A stretch of 52,773 bases of DNA, taken from positions 1 through 52,773 of the forward strand of contig CAWGVG010000042.1 of NCBI GenBank assembly GCA_963825865.1, given 5' to 3'. The first letter of the stretch is position 1. Each line of letters opens with the position of its first letter. The stretch is from an uncultured Nitrososphaeraceae archaeon. Lineage in GTDB: Archaea > Thermoproteota > Nitrososphaeria > Nitrososphaerales > Nitrososphaeraceae. The notes beneath the pieces were generated by a model that saw only the letters and a list, made by a program, of their open reading frames with translations, searched no databases and was not told where the DNA came from. Position numbers and translations under genes: made by a program. Positions 20,662-32,597 of the stretch are shown piece by piece.

Positions 20662-22149
20662 TCAATAAATATTGCGTCTCGTTCGATAAAAATATCCCCT
20701 ATTTCTAATGAGACCTAGTATGGATCCGAGAGCAAGGGCGGGCACTGTAAATAAATTTAAGGTCAAAAGATAAAGAACATGTTTAATGCTATACTTTTCT
20801 ATTTGCTCCAGAACAGAGACTGAGATGATGTTTGTGATAATAGCGAACGAAAGACTGACTGCTTGCATAGATAAGGATGGGAGTATAAAAGAATTATCTG
20901 CAAGCAGATTATTATCATTTCGAAGAAGCAGGAGCATTAGCAGTGATATGTCAAACAGGATGAGGGCAAGTATCGAGATAGATTTTGCATAATGCAGACC
21001 AGTAAAAAAGAATTCAACTTTGTCTATAGCCGGTATTTTACTTGTTAGTATGGTCCATATTCTCCTTCTGAATCCACGTGTATGACCTTCGCTTACCCTG
21101 ATTCTTTGTCTAAAATATGTTCCAAGTCCTGTTGCCGCTTCATTAAATGATATCAGTGAGGGTTCAAAAATTACCTTCTTTCTGCAGTCTAGATTACAAT
21201 CATTTGTTCGCATCATGGGATGGAAGGAAAGGTCCAATGTTAAATCCCAATCTTCAGTTAAATCATTAGAAAATGTCAGTGCCTTGATGATTTCGGATCT
21301 GATCATGAATAGGCTACCTGTGACCTGCACAGGAAGATTCATACAATTCTTCGCTAAAAATTCCACAATATTTCTCTGCGCAATCCTAAAATCAATTGCG
21401 CTGGCAACCCAGTTGTTTATAAGGGTCATAAAGGTATCAATGCTATTGTGCTTACTGTAATATTTTTCAGGATAAGCTTTTGAGAGAGGAAATCCCTGTA
21501 TAACACAATTACATTTCTGCGTGTATCGCGAGAAATGTAGGACGAATTTCTGCAACGTATCATTAACAAAAAGAATATCTGCATCTGCCACCAAAACGTA
21601 CCAACTGGTCCTATTCATCTTTTTAAGGGCATCGTTAAGAGCGCCTCCTTTCCATCCCTTTCTTTCTCTTCTATGTATTACCCTAAGATTTGGAATTTTA
21701 GGTTCCCAACTCTTTAATAAATCAAGAGTGCCATCATTTGAATCATCTATAACTATAATTTCAAATCTATCAGGATCATACGTCAACGCAGCACATGATC
21801 TCATCAACCTGTCTACTACCAATCTTTCATTGTGCATTGGCACAACCACCGAAACATAAGGGATGTCACTATTAAGTGGATTGATAGGCTCAGTCAATGA
21901 TTTCTGCACAGTAACCAGCGGTTCACTCAAATAACTTGAAAGCCTTATCTCATTACTCCCTGTAGGTAATCCTGGCAATGATTTGCAGGTAGAATGATAA
22001 GGACCGGGTAATAGGTACTTATTTTCACTTACATATTTTTTTGAGATAAGGATAAAAATGAATGATCGTATAGCATATGAAAAAAGAAACAATGATAGAA
22101 TAAAGCTGAGTAAAGCAATCATGTTAAGCATCATCCACGGTTTTGACAA
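20662..22149 (-). CDS. Membrane-bound family 2 glycosyltransferase
   Basis: VSVVVPMHNE, IDDSNDGT, GWKGGALN, DAD, TEDWDL and RQRIRV motifs; N- and C-terminal TM helices. Confidence 0.92.
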   Translation of the reverse strand: MSKPWMMLNMIALLSFILSLFLFSYAIRSFIFILISKKYVSENKYLLPGPYHSTCKSLPGLPTGSNEIRLSSYLSEPLVTVQKSLTEPINPLNSDIPYVSVVVPMHNERLVVDRLMRSCAALTYDPDRFEIIVIDDSNDGTLDLLKSWEPKIPNLRVIHRRERKGWKGGALNDALKKMNRTSWYVLVADADILFVNDTLQKFVLHFSRYTQKCNCVIQGFPLSKAYPEKYYSKHNSIDTFMTLINNWVASAIDFRIAQRNIVEFLAKNCMNLPVQVTGSLFMIRSEIIKALTFSNDLTEDWDLTLDLSFHPMMRTNDCNLDCRKKVIFEPSLISFNEAATGLGTYFRQRIRVSEGHTRGFRRRIWTILTSKIPAIDKVEFFFTGLHYAKSISILALILFDISLLMLLLLRNDNNLLADNSFILPSLSMQAVSLSFAIITNIISVSVLEQIEKYSIKHVLYLLTLNLFTVPALALGSILGLIRNRGYFYRTRRNIY

Positions 22150-22477
22150 TTCGCCGCGTATATATACTATTTTTCAGAATTCGTGCTAGATACATTATGT
22201 CATAAAAAAACAGTAATATCTCACACGGTTCATTAAACAGAATGAAATTTCAGATTATAATGAGCTTGTGAAAAAAGGAAGCCAAAATATTGAATGGTGC
22301 TGGAATGCTGTTAATAAAGATAATTACTAACATCACTAATGATAAAATGGTTGAATATCTAAGAATATATAACAGGCCTACCGACAAACAGGCTAGTATC
22401 AGATGACGAATAACCATACAACGTCAAAAAACGAACTACTCTTGTTATTGTGAATATTCTACTCTTCACATTGGACC

Positions 22478-23594
22478 GGGGTTGTTGCCTAATTTGATAT
22501 CGCATATGGTGTCACCTTTATTCCCAGTTTGTTTGCACATTGTAGTCTGTTAAGGACTTCTAGGTTCCAGCCTATTGATTTAATTAATCCAAATCTTTTC
22601 TGATTGTTCTTTAATCTGAATGTGCAGTATAGCTGATGATGATGATGTTTAGTTTCTTCAGCTCCAAATATTCCTTCTATCAATCCTCTATAACGATATA
22701 TTGATGCATTGAATATCTTTGCAGCCTTCTTTCTGTATTTGTTCTTCTTACTACTGCTATTCTTGTTCTTGGAGTTTTTTCTCTGCTTGATATTTGGAAG
22801 CATGTTCATGTTAAACACTGACTGGAAGTTCTTGTTGCCATCATAACCTCTGTCACCATTGAATGTTGAACCTGCAAAGTCTAATCTATATTTCTTCAAT
22901 CTGTTTAGCATTGTTCGGAGTACTGGAGAATCGTGTGTTTTCTTACTGGTAAGTCGTGTATTAAGTATTATGAGATGATCAAGTATCCCTGTGATATGCC
23001 ATTTCAGATACTGTTTTACCCTTATCTTTTCGAATTTCTTACTACTACTATTTTTGATAAATCGTACTTCGTATCCGTACCTGTTTGTCTCTACACCGGT
23101 GCTATCTGATGCGAGAATACCCTTCTTCCAGCCTGATTCTTTCAAACATAGATAAGCTGACCATATTAGTACACGTTCAAGATATATCAGCGGTATCTTC
23201 TTGAATGTACGTGATATCCATGTATGATCTGGATATGGCTCGTTATTCCATGGCAAATTAAGAGAGGGTATTATATTCTGTATATCTCTGTACGTTGAAC
23301 CGAAAACAACCATCAATATACAAATACAGACAAGTTTTTCCCAAGAATGAATTGGTTTCCTTCCTCTATTACTGTTCTTCTTTGAAGTAGGAGGAGGATT
23401 TTCTTTGACCAGAGAAACTATATTTTCGATAAGCATATCTCGTTCTAGGGTATGTGCTAGATGGTAACACAACCAGTAACCATCTTTCCTCTTGTGCTTG
23501 CAAGTCAATAAGAGGGTGCATACCCTTTCTAAGCTAAATCGAAAACCGTGAAATCATATTTACAGTCAATTAAAACGAATTAGGCAACAACCCC
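22478..23594 (-). mobile_element. Intact IS5/IS4-superfamily element with 17-bp TIR and 9-bp target-site duplication
   Basis: ggggttgttgcctaatt / aattaggcaacaacccc; CATTGGACC duplicated at 22469-22477 and 23595-23603. Confidence 0.93.
22489..23508 (-). CDS. DDE transposase (DDE_Tnp_1 type)
   Basis: PDHTWI, DSTG, DRGYD and YRYRGLIEGIFG (YREK-like) motifs. Confidence 0.9.
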   Translation of the reverse strand: MTCKHKRKDGYWLCYHLAHTLERDMLIENIVSLVKENPPPTSKKNSNRGRKPIHSWEKLVCICILMVVFGSTYRDIQNIIPSLNLPWNNEPYPDHTWISRTFKKIPLIYLERVLIWSAYLCLKESGWKKGILASDSTGVETNRYGYEVRFIKNSSSKKFEKIRVKQYLKWHITGILDHLIILNTRLTSKKTHDSPVLRTMLNRLKKYRLDFAGSTFNGDRGYDGNKNFQSVFNMNMLPNIKQRKNSKNKNSSSKKNKYRKKAAKIFNASIYRYRGLIEGIFGAEETKHHHHQLYCTFRLKNNQKRFGLIKSIGWNLEVLNRLQCANKLGIKVTPYAISN

Positions 23595-23653
23595 CATTGG
23601 ACCATAACAATTTATAAACTTCAAGGGGGTTTCCAGACCTAACAATTACGTCG

Positions 23654-24400
23654 ATGGTAATGACAATCTGGCATAATTCGGTTCTCATGAAGCGATCTGA
23701 AGTAGATCAGTCAATTGCGTATCTTCGTTCCCTTCATCTGTTTCCGCACCACAACAGGGTAAAATCATGGGATACGTCTAAAATGATCAACATAATAAAT
23801 AGATCTGATAGAAATTCCTTGATTCTTGATGTTGGATGTGATGGCTCTCCGATCCTACCCATGCTAAAGAGGCTTGGCTTTGTAAATCTGTACGGGTGCG
23901 ATCTGGTACTAACACCAAAGTACCCACAGAGATTAATGAAGCTGGTTTATTCATTTTACAAAAGAGAATACAAACCAATAATCGAGTTGTACGATGGCAA
24001 TACATTTAATATTTCTATTCAAGATCTAGAAAGAACCCAATATCAAGACAATATGTTTGACTACATCACATCATTATCAGTCATCGAGCATGGTATTAAC
24101 CTTCAAAATTATTTCAGGGAAATGAGTAGAATAATTAAAAAGAATGGGAAGCTTTTGACGTCTGCGGATTACTGGCCTGACAAATTAATCAGTACCGCTG
24201 TCACTAAGGATAACCGTAAGAATTCTCCGGACATTGTTTTCAGCCGAGAAGAAATAGAGAATAAAGTAATCAAGATCGCAGAACAGAATGGATTTGTGCT
24301 TACTGAACAGATAGATTTTACGCATAAGGAGAAGGTTGTACGATGGGATGCTCTCGGGCTCGACTATACTTTCATCTTCTTTGCGCTAAATAAAAGTTAA
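23654..24400 (+). CDS. Class I SAM-dependent methyltransferase
   Basis: ILDVGCDGS, FDYITSLSVIEH and EMSRIIKKNG motifs. Confidence 0.9.
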   Translation: MVMTIWHNSVLMKRSEVDQSIAYLRSLHLFPHHNRVKSWDTSKMINIINRSDRNSLILDVGCDGSPILPMLKRLGFVNLYGCDLVLTPKYPQRLMKLVYSFYKREYKPIIELYDGNTFNISIQDLERTQYQDNMFDYITSLSVIEHGINLQNYFREMSRIIKKNGKLLTSADYWPDKLISTAVTKDNRKNSPDIVFSREEIENKVIKIAEQNGFVLTEQIDFTHKEKVVRWDALGLDYTFIFFALNKS

Positions 24401-24835
24401 CATTTACCACACGCATTGTTTGTTTGACATCCGAAGATCATGAGGTTTAGAGACCCGCAGAGTGAAAGGTCCACATAATTGTCTAATGGAAAAAAAACTG
24501 CGCGGTGAGCTTTGCTGCTTTCTGCCTAATTTTATCTAAGGATTGGTAGAGATTAGAGTCCCTTCCTTTAAGAACAGTGCGAAGATCAGGTATTGACAAA
24601 TTATTACTTTCTTATTTCGGAGAGTGTTATATGGTTTTACGATACTCTCCAAATTAAACCACATATGGCTTAATCGAAATCGTTGACTATTAGTATTAAT
24701 ATTCTCACTTTCTGTTTCAATTATTGATTGTGCTAAAATAGATGCTCCTTTGCTTCTATGATTTTTGTTATCGCATTATACTATATTACAACCTACGATG
24801 ACACACATAAATTAATGATCCTATCTCGTGCACTC

Positions 24836-25631
24836 CTATATCTTGATGATATCGTACAATTCTCTGTTATCAGTCTTCAAAGTCCTTGGCTCTTTTAATG
24901 GATTGTCAAAACTAATTGGTAAATAACCTGTATTCGTAGCCCTATTAAGACTGTCATTTATCTTTGTTTCAGGGTCAAAATCTAATTCTTTTAATTCATT
25001 GCACCTCTCTAACCATTGATATATCTTAAAAACTTTAGTGTATCTTAAAAACTTATCATCAAATGACAAATGTTTTACATTAATAAAATAAGGTGCAAGG
25101 ATTCTCCAGATATAGTATTTCCTATGTTCAGGAAATGGATTCTGTAAAAGTCGTTCAATCCAGTCAATAGATTTCTTTCGTGGTAATCTAGAATTCTTTT
25201 GTGCCATATACGCAGACTTCATTTTCTGACAAAAACGTGTGGGTTTTATTATTATGGTGTTTGAATACTTTTAAACCTTGGTCAATAAGGTATGACAAGA
25301 ACTTGCTATAAAGTAAATCTGCAGTTAATTTGGAAGTACCATTCCATTTCTGTATGACTTTAACCTGACTTGAATTCAAATTATTTCCATTTTTTGAATT
25401 ATATGAACCAGGTATCCTTAACAAACAGTTCTTGAATGACACAGTATGATAATGTTCTGAATCCGCCTTTCCATTAGATAGATGGTATTCTGCAAACCTT
25501 AGGAATTCCTTTGAAGGTTCTTTGAAGTTTCTAAACTCTGACATGTTTTCTAAAATAATATTTTCAGATTCTACAGTAGTAGGTATATAGAAATGATACC
25601 CATTGCCTGTCCAGGTCGGAAAAAAATACAT
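24836..25631 (-). pseudogene. Archaeo-eukaryotic primase-like protein with PriX-like C-terminus, 5'-truncated and frameshifted
   Basis: WTGNGYHFY (AEP motif II), LLRIPGSYNSK (motif III) and WIERLLQ...WRILAPY C-terminal domain. Confidence 0.75.
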
Positions 25632-26160
25632 ACTATAAATGAATCGGTATTTGATGCCATAACAGAGGAATCAGCTTACTGGATTGGATTTCTTATGGAA
25701 GTATTTTTAAAGAAAAGACAGGAAATCCACGTATTGCACTTACTTTAGCAGAATCTGATCATGAACATCTTGTCAAATTCTCAAAGTTTCTAAATTGTTC
25801 ATACAAGATATTAAGAAAAAAGACTAAACTAAATGGCAAAATCATAATTCAGTATACGTTAAGGTTTTCTTCGAAGCATATTGCAGGGGTAATAACGAAA
25901 TTTGGTGTTGTAGCTCGGAAAAAGTTTAATTTCAAAAGTCATAGGACTTGAGAACAATAGACACTTTTGGCGAGGAGTTGGTGATGGAGATGGTTACATA
26001 AATAACAGAAATGGACAAGACTGAGACAAAATAATCCTTACAGGTAGCTATGATCTGCTGAAACAGTTTAAGACTTTTATTGAAACAATGATCTCAGGAT
26101 CAGAAGATACTTTCAAACAATATGGAAAATACTATCGGCTCTATATTTACAGTAACAACA
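25632..26160 (+). pseudogene. LAGLIDADG homing endonuclease remnant
   Basis: Manual translation: [21 protein letters not shown] and RHFWRGVGDGDGYI (two LAGLIDADG helices), interrupted by frameshifts and stops. Confidence 0.8.
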
Positions 26161-26339
26161 ATTTTTGCATCGATATTTCATCGACATATTGAAGAACTAC
26201 TATAGCCCCCTATTGGCAATATCTCGTGATAAAGTAGTAGTCAACACCGGTTACTTAAGTGGCCATGTTTAGTGTTTATGGGCCTAGGGTATATGTATGC
26301 TAATACTTATACCTATAGTTTCGCTAGTAATAATGGCAC

Positions 26340-26774
26340 TTGCGACCAGTTAGTATTACAATTGAAATTCATGACGAAGGGAAATCCCACGCTAACATAA
26401 ATGCTAAAGATTTAATGGAAGCGATAAAAATAAAATATAATGTAGAACTTTGTGCTATACATGTTATACGTGCTGATGTCGATTTATTCGGACCACATGA
26501 AACATCAGAGTTTATGACAACAATGAGAAATGAAGGTGAAAAATATTTGAATAAAGTTAGACTTAAAGCAAATGAAAAAAATATTCAGATAAAAACAGAA
26601 ATCATTTCTTTTATAAATATAGCTGGAGCCATAGTAGATTATGCTGAAGAAAATAATATCGACCTAATTGTAATTGGAACAAGAGGAAGATCAGGATTTA
26701 AGAAATTATTACTTGGAAGTGTTGCATCGCATGTTGTAACTTATGCACATTGTCCTGTATTGTTAGTAAAATAA
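26340..26774 (+). CDS. Universal stress protein (N-terminus probably replaced or truncated)
   Basis: IDLIVIGTRGRSGFKKLLLGSVASHVVTYAHCPVLLVK. Confidence 0.88.
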   Translation: MRPVSITIEIHDEGKSHANINAKDLMEAIKIKYNVELCAIHVIRADVDLFGPHETSEFMTTMRNEGEKYLNKVRLKANEKNIQIKTEIISFINIAGAIVDYAEENNIDLIVIGTRGRSGFKKLLLGSVASHVVTYAHCPVLLVK

Positions 26775-27620
26775 TTGCCTTAATAGTCGTTTAGCTTCCT
26801 CTTGACCCAATATTTCTCCTAGTTTTTGTTCTTTTTCTTCTGATCCTGTTCCTTTCCGAGAAGAAGAATGCAGTATCTTGATTACAGCATTTTTAACATC
26901 AGGATTGAGATCCTTTATTGCATCTTCTATGATTTTTTTCCGACCCAATGGAAAGTCTTTAGGTGTAAATACTGCTAAGGCCATCACATAGACAAGATTT
27001 GATTTTAAGACACAAAAAGAAAGACTAAGTGAACTGGACCAGTTAAAGTGCGGCTAACGAGATATCTATCTATAAAATCTGTTGGACATAACAAACTCGA
27101 AAGAAGAAATAAACGCCAAAGGCCAAACCAACGACATTATTTATAGATTGAATTAAATTGAAAAATCAAGAAATTGAATAAAAAAATAAATAAAGAAATT
27201 GATTGAGGTCGCTTGTGCTCTAATACTACTACTATGAACTACTCATCATCATAATGGTGGACTACTTATCACCCTATGCGCTGTACTGCAGGATAAGGCC
27301 CATGTTCCATTAAGAACCAGTCTGCTGGAACATACATACGCAGAACTAAATCTATAACTAAATTTCTGTAATTTTGCGTTTTGCGCTGAATCTACCAAAA
27401 GAATCTAGCCGAGCGCTTTAGGTGCAGTCTACTATCCTTTGTTTAAAATATTGTCACACCATCAGGTAACTCTGGAAGAAATTATAAATAAATAAATGAG
27501 TACAGCTCTTGCTGCCTCAATTCCCTATATTGAGTCCCTGCATCTGGTGGATTGCTAAAGTGGCCAGATGATACACTTTTGTTCTTCTATATCCTTTGGA
27601 AGAATAATATCATTATCCCA

Positions 27621-27962
27621 TTATTTCTCTGTGCCTTTTATGGATTCTAAAATATATAGTCCCACATCAGTTAATTTTACTTTACTACTTAGAAAATTAT
27701 GAAAATAAAAATCTCCACTAACAAGTATATTTAAGTCTTGAATATAATGTGTATCTTCATATGCCGTCGATGATGCTGCAGATTTATCAACAGCTATCAC
27801 TCCACTTGATAACGCATAATTGATGTCCTTACGAGTCAAATTATATTCTAATAATTCTAGTATTGATAAACTTGCAATATCTAATACGCTAACTATTCTT
27901 ATAATTATAGGATCTCTTATGAGTTTTGTAAGCTGATCCGAATCAATTGTCATAGTCCTCAT
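27621..27962 (-). CDS. Hypothetical protein, possible winged helix
   Basis: Clean 113 aa ORF; DPIIIRIV...SILELL...VKLTDVG pattern. Confidence 0.5.
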   Translation of the reverse strand: MRTMTIDSDQLTKLIRDPIIIRIVSVLDIASLSILELLEYNLTRKDINYALSSGVIAVDKSAASSTAYEDTHYIQDLNILVSGDFYFHNFLSSKVKLTDVGLYILESIKGTEK

Positions 27963-28300
27963 CCTATTTGGTTCTGTTAGAAGTTATTATTATTTGGGGC
28001 AAAATGTAACATAAAACCAACATTATCTATATCAGTGGTCGAGGAATGCCCTAATCTCTTATGAAATGAAAGTAGTTGGGGACGGGATCTACGTAAATTC
28101 TAGTTCTTTGATGTGAATATATGGATCACGCTAATATAATATCTCATCGTGTCTCTGGAGGTAAAAGTACTTTCGGCATGTGACCCTACCTTCTAAGATC
28201 AACAAGGCTCCCATCTACCTTCATCTGATTTTTTATAAAGAGGTTCTGTTGGTAGCAGTACTTTACAAATTCCCTATATATTTCTCCTTTTATAGGAGGG

Positions 28301-30307
28301 GGCTATGTAGAAAACATCACAATAGATCTCTTGCGTAATTAGCAGCTATAGTCTAACACCCTACTTGTTTTAGCCGTCTTCTTAGATTGAAATGCTGTCA
28401 GACTGTATAACTCTGAAGTTCAGGAGACCGGATATTATATCAGATACGTTATTGTACTTCCTTAATCTGTTTCTAAATTTAGTACCCATTATTCCAAACT
28501 TTTTGATCTTACATATGGTATGTTCTACTATGATCCTTAGCCTAGAATGATTCTTGTTGTAAGTTCTTTCATCACATGAAAGCAATGTACCCTTTTTCTT
28601 TTTGATACGAAGTACAGACTTTACAGTGGGAAAGTCCTTTTCAATGCCAAGATAACCAAGATCAACTATGTTTTCAACTTGTGATGGAGTTATAGAATGA
28701 TTGTGTTTGTAAATGTCATAATCATGTTTTCTTCCACTTCTGTGACCTGTCTTATGCAGTATCAATCCTTCACTGTTTACCATCAATTGTGTCTTGACAG
28801 TATGTTTCTTCTTTCTACCTGAATAGTAACTCTTCCTTCTTCTTTTGTTCTTAGGTCTTGGAATTTCTTGTTCTGTAGAGTCTATGAAAGCCTTGAATCC
28901 AGGAAAGTACTCTTCTACTTCATATTATAGTTCTTAATCTCCTAGTACGTTTGTATATCTTCTTTGGCAATGGAATACACTCCTTGATAAGTGGTTCCAT
29001 CATTGATATATCTCTACAAACATTGCTTTGATCAAGGTCAAACAGAAATCCTGATAATGTATATGTAATGTATAATCTGTAGTATACTAGAAGCATAACG
29101 AATCTTTCTTTAACTTTAAGCTTAAATGGTCTACCAGCACCTATATCCCGTATTCTCGTCCTTGATAGAAGACGTCTTCTTTCGTGCTCTTCGTAGTTAT
29201 GTTCAATTTCGTTACAAATGGATTCAAATTCAGATACAGTTACTCCGGTAAATGACCTGAATATCAAAGGTTTCTTACATAATTTGCTATAGGACATCAA
29301 AGAGCTTGTCAGATAGATATCCTATGTGAAGAGGAATATAGCTCTAAGCTTCTAATTACACAAGAGATCTAATAATGACAAGGTTAGTTAGTCTATGCAT
29401 GTTGTAAGCAATACATTTGAATGATAACTCTCTATTCTGTGTTCTTACTAATCTTGATGTAATCTGTTCGCCAAACAACCGTTTTATTACAGAAATTATG
29501 GTTTCATCCTTGTTCCTTTGATTGTACAGTATTTTGGAGTAACCACGTTTCATCTCTTTTCTGTATTTACCATGTGTTCTCCATATTGGTACATCTACAT
29601 ATCTAGATGGTATAATACTAAATGCATGGAGATTCCCTTACAAATGTATGATTATCTTCACTGTCATATCCTTTGTCAGCAACAACTACTGACAATGGGA
29701 GGATTTCTGAAGTTCTTTCTACAATTGGTTGAAAATCTATCGTATCGTGTCTTGTTGGAGCTCTCCTTATCTTGATAGAACACACTATCTCGGGGATAGT
29801 ACCTCTACCCAAGTTGATAATTTAAGATATTTCTTGTGTAGGTTTACTTTGTCTGTATAATATTGTGAAGTATTGGATAGTTTGAATCCGGATGAATCTA
29901 TATCAATGAATAACCTTCTGATATTGCTAAGTAACAATATAAAGGAGGAAATTATCCTTCCCAATATAGTACCATTTATCCTAGCAACAAACTTCTGAAG
30001 AGTAGTATAATGCGGAATATGTGATAACTGCATAAACATCCTGAGGTAATAAGCTTCGAACAACCATTCGACAAACATACGATAGCTTTTGTTTTCATAT
30101 TGCCTTAATACAAGTAAGACTATGTGCTGCCATACCGTGAATATATGACTACTCTTCTTATGTAGAAATAATGGTATCCTGGATTTATTCAGAATACGGA
30201 ACATGGTATTAGCCAGTCTAACGTATCTTGATTCTTTCAATAGATATATTGTATTATCCTATTACAAAGCTTTGACGCGATAGAAAAAGTGTGGTTTCTA
30301 CAGAGCC
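28301..30307 (-). mobile_element. IS5-family element (frameshifted transposase starting at 30240) interrupted at its 3' end by a second IS
   Basis: TIRs ggctatgtagaaaacatcac / ggctctgtagaaaccacac. PHYTTLQKF, IDSSG, ADKGYDSE and YNQRNKDET motifs. The coding frame resumes beyond the nested IS (IVMFST-stop). Confidence 0.85.
28324..29370 (-). mobile_element. IS5-family (ISL2-like group) element nested in another IS; one frameshift near 28920
   Basis: TIR agatctcttgcgtaattag / ctaattacacaagagatct; AAT on both sides. FRSFTG, FIDSTEQ, YSGRKK.HTVKTQ, DLGYLG and RIIVEH motifs. Confidence 0.9.
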
Positions 30308-30317
30308 ATATATCTAC

Positions 30318-30344
30318 TATATATATATATATATATATATATAT
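30318..30344. repeat. (TA)n microsatellite next to the IS end
   Basis: About 13 TA units. Confidence 0.9.
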
Positions 30345-30604
30345 CAGTGTAGAAATCTTTGGACAAAGATATTATGTAACTAATGAATAAGCATCACAGA
30401 AAAATTTGCATTTGCAGATAACGCACGATAAACACGTCCTAACACGCTACCTCAAAAATTCCTTTCAAACCAGTACCTCTCATAATTATCAAATCTATTT
30501 TGCTAATGCCTCGATATTGCTAAAAAAGTTTAAAAAATCAAAAGACAAATTGATGTCGTTAGAATGATCTATTGTGTGTATATTATGATCGAATTTGTCT
30601 TTAA

Positions 30605-31486
30605 TTAGGGGTTACAAGAATCGGCTATTGCTCTTATTAAATCAGTCTTCGTTATAACGCCTGCTAGAGCATTGTCTGAATCAATAACTGGTATGCCACT
30701 TATCCTATTTCCCATCATTATAAGAGCAACTTCAGCCAAATCAGAATCTTTTGTAATAACTATTGGATCATACGTCATCACATCTCCAGCCAAAAACATT
30801 TCTTTTATTCCAGATGGTATAAACATGTGTTCTTTTTTTCTTTTACCTAGAGATTTTTCTTGAATTGTCCAATAACTTCTATCTGCGCCAGTCCCGAATG
30901 ACGCACTAATTGGAAGCAAATCATGTCCAGTAATTATTCCAACAGGTTTATTGTTTCTTGTTACGACAACCCTTGATACTTTGTTACTGATCATTAGCAT
31001 AAGGGCCGTATGTATAGTCTCATCAGGTGCTACGCTAAAGACCCGTTTAGCCATGTATTTTGCTACAGAATTCTTTCCTATGTATTGCCTTGTGTATGCT
31101 TCAACTAAATCTGTTTTAGTAAAGATGCCTGTTGGGTAATTATCATCATGATTTTTTTCATTATTGACAACAATTATAGAGCTGATATTATTCTGTAACA
31201 TTATCTTTGCACAAGAGCTTACATCTTGCTCTTCTGTTACAGTTATCAAATTTTTACTCATTACTTCCTCTAGTCGAATTTCATTCAGATGCCTGTTTGG
31301 AACCTCTTGATACAAGAATCGAGCAATGTCTTTTTCTGTGATTATTCCTAAAGCTTTGTTATGCTTGTCTGCAATTACAACTCTGCCAATATTATATTTC
31401 ACCATGACGTTGCGAGCGTCATAGACACTTCCATCTGGTCCAAGTTTGATAGTCTCTCTTGCTATATGTTTTGCTTTAAGTTGCAT
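30605..31486 (-). CDS. CBS domain protein (four CBS domains)
   Basis: Repeated GIITEKD, GIFTKTD, GIITGHD and GVITKTD motifs. Confidence 0.92.
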   Translation of the reverse strand: MQLKAKHIARETIKLGPDGSVYDARNVMVKYNIGRVVIADKHNKALGIITEKDIARFLYQEVPNRHLNEIRLEEVMSKNLITVTEEQDVSSCAKIMLQNNISSIIVVNNEKNHDDNYPTGIFTKTDLVEAYTRQYIGKNSVAKYMAKRVFSVAPDETIHTALMLMISNKVSRVVVTRNNKPVGIITGHDLLPISASFGTGADRSYWTIQEKSLGKRKKEHMFIPSGIKEMFLAGDVMTYDPIVITKDSDLAEVALIMMGNRISGIPVIDSDNALAGVITKTDLIRAIADSCNP

Positions 31487-31963
31487 ATAGTATAAAGTTA
31501 GATTGATAATGCCTGTATCTAAACTTCTTGAAACCTTTCAAGCTCGCTCATTGTCATGTAATAATAGTGAAATGAACTGCAAACAATTACAATTAGCAAA
31601 GAACGAGTTAAGATTTCTTGAAAAATGATCCTGAAGAAGATCTTTATTGTATGTAGTCACAATTAGTGCTTGGCTATTGTACATCATTTCATTGTAAAGA
31701 TGACCTTCTGCTGGTATTCTATTGTACATTGCATTATCTTTCATAAATAACCAAAGTTATGAAACATGTGTCATGGAATATCTTGTTTTCAATGAAGTCC
31801 TTTGTCACCACCACTATGGCCTATCCCTTTAGTATCGTCAGTCCTCAGGATAAAAGGAAATATTGCAAGATTTTTTGCGTCAGCCTTACCATTCAATTGA
31901 AGACTCGTCTAAATACATTATATTACACATATATAATATCCCTCCAATGTTCTTGAATAAACC

Positions 31964-32308
31964 CTATAGTGCTAAATCACCGGTTTTCTTTGTTCTTATA
32001 TCATAAACTGCTTCTACATTGTATACAAATATCTTGCCATCAGAAGATGAATGTGTACTTGTAATAATTAGTATATCCTCAACAATCTTTTTTGCTTGTG
32101 AGTTCGCTACAACTACCTCAATCTTTGTACAAGTACCAAATTCTGGGATGTATCTCCTTATCCCTCTGCCAACATCTACTGGTTCATATTTTGAATGACC
32201 CCTACCTTTGATATCATAAAATGTCATACCGCCGACTTTATTTTTGTGAAGAATATCATTGATTCCTGCTATATGCTCGTGAGAAATTATTATGTCTAAC
32301 CTCTTCAT
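31964..32308 (-). CDS. P-II family signal transduction protein (GlnB/GlnK-like)
   Basis: GMTFYDIKGRG, KIEVVV and DGKIFV motifs; Tyr in the T-loop. Confidence 0.9.
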   Translation of the reverse strand: MKRLDIIISHEHIAGINDILHKNKVGGMTFYDIKGRGHSKYEPVDVGRGIRRYIPEFGTCTKIEVVVANSQAKKIVEDILIITSTHSSSDGKIFVYNVEAVYDIRTKKTGDLAL

Positions 32309-32597
32309 TCCAAAACTAACCGCTTATTTTAGTACAGAAAATAATAATAATATATATATTCAACAGGATATATTAGTTTTTTTAGTTTTATAGTTTGGTA
32401 TAAGCCAATCATAATTAAGCAAAATCCTAAACGTCAATATGAAAGTGCAGATCAATATAGCATATGACATCAGAATTAAGGAATAAGTGGATGAGTATAG
32501 AATGAAACCATTATACACTATATTAATTGTTGACAGCATTATTACTATCATTATTTAATGCCCTGCAATACTATGATTATGATGTGAACTGTGTATC

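Noticed and set aside
20786-21859. Short + strand ORFs inside the glycosyltransferase
   Set aside because: Antisense shadows.
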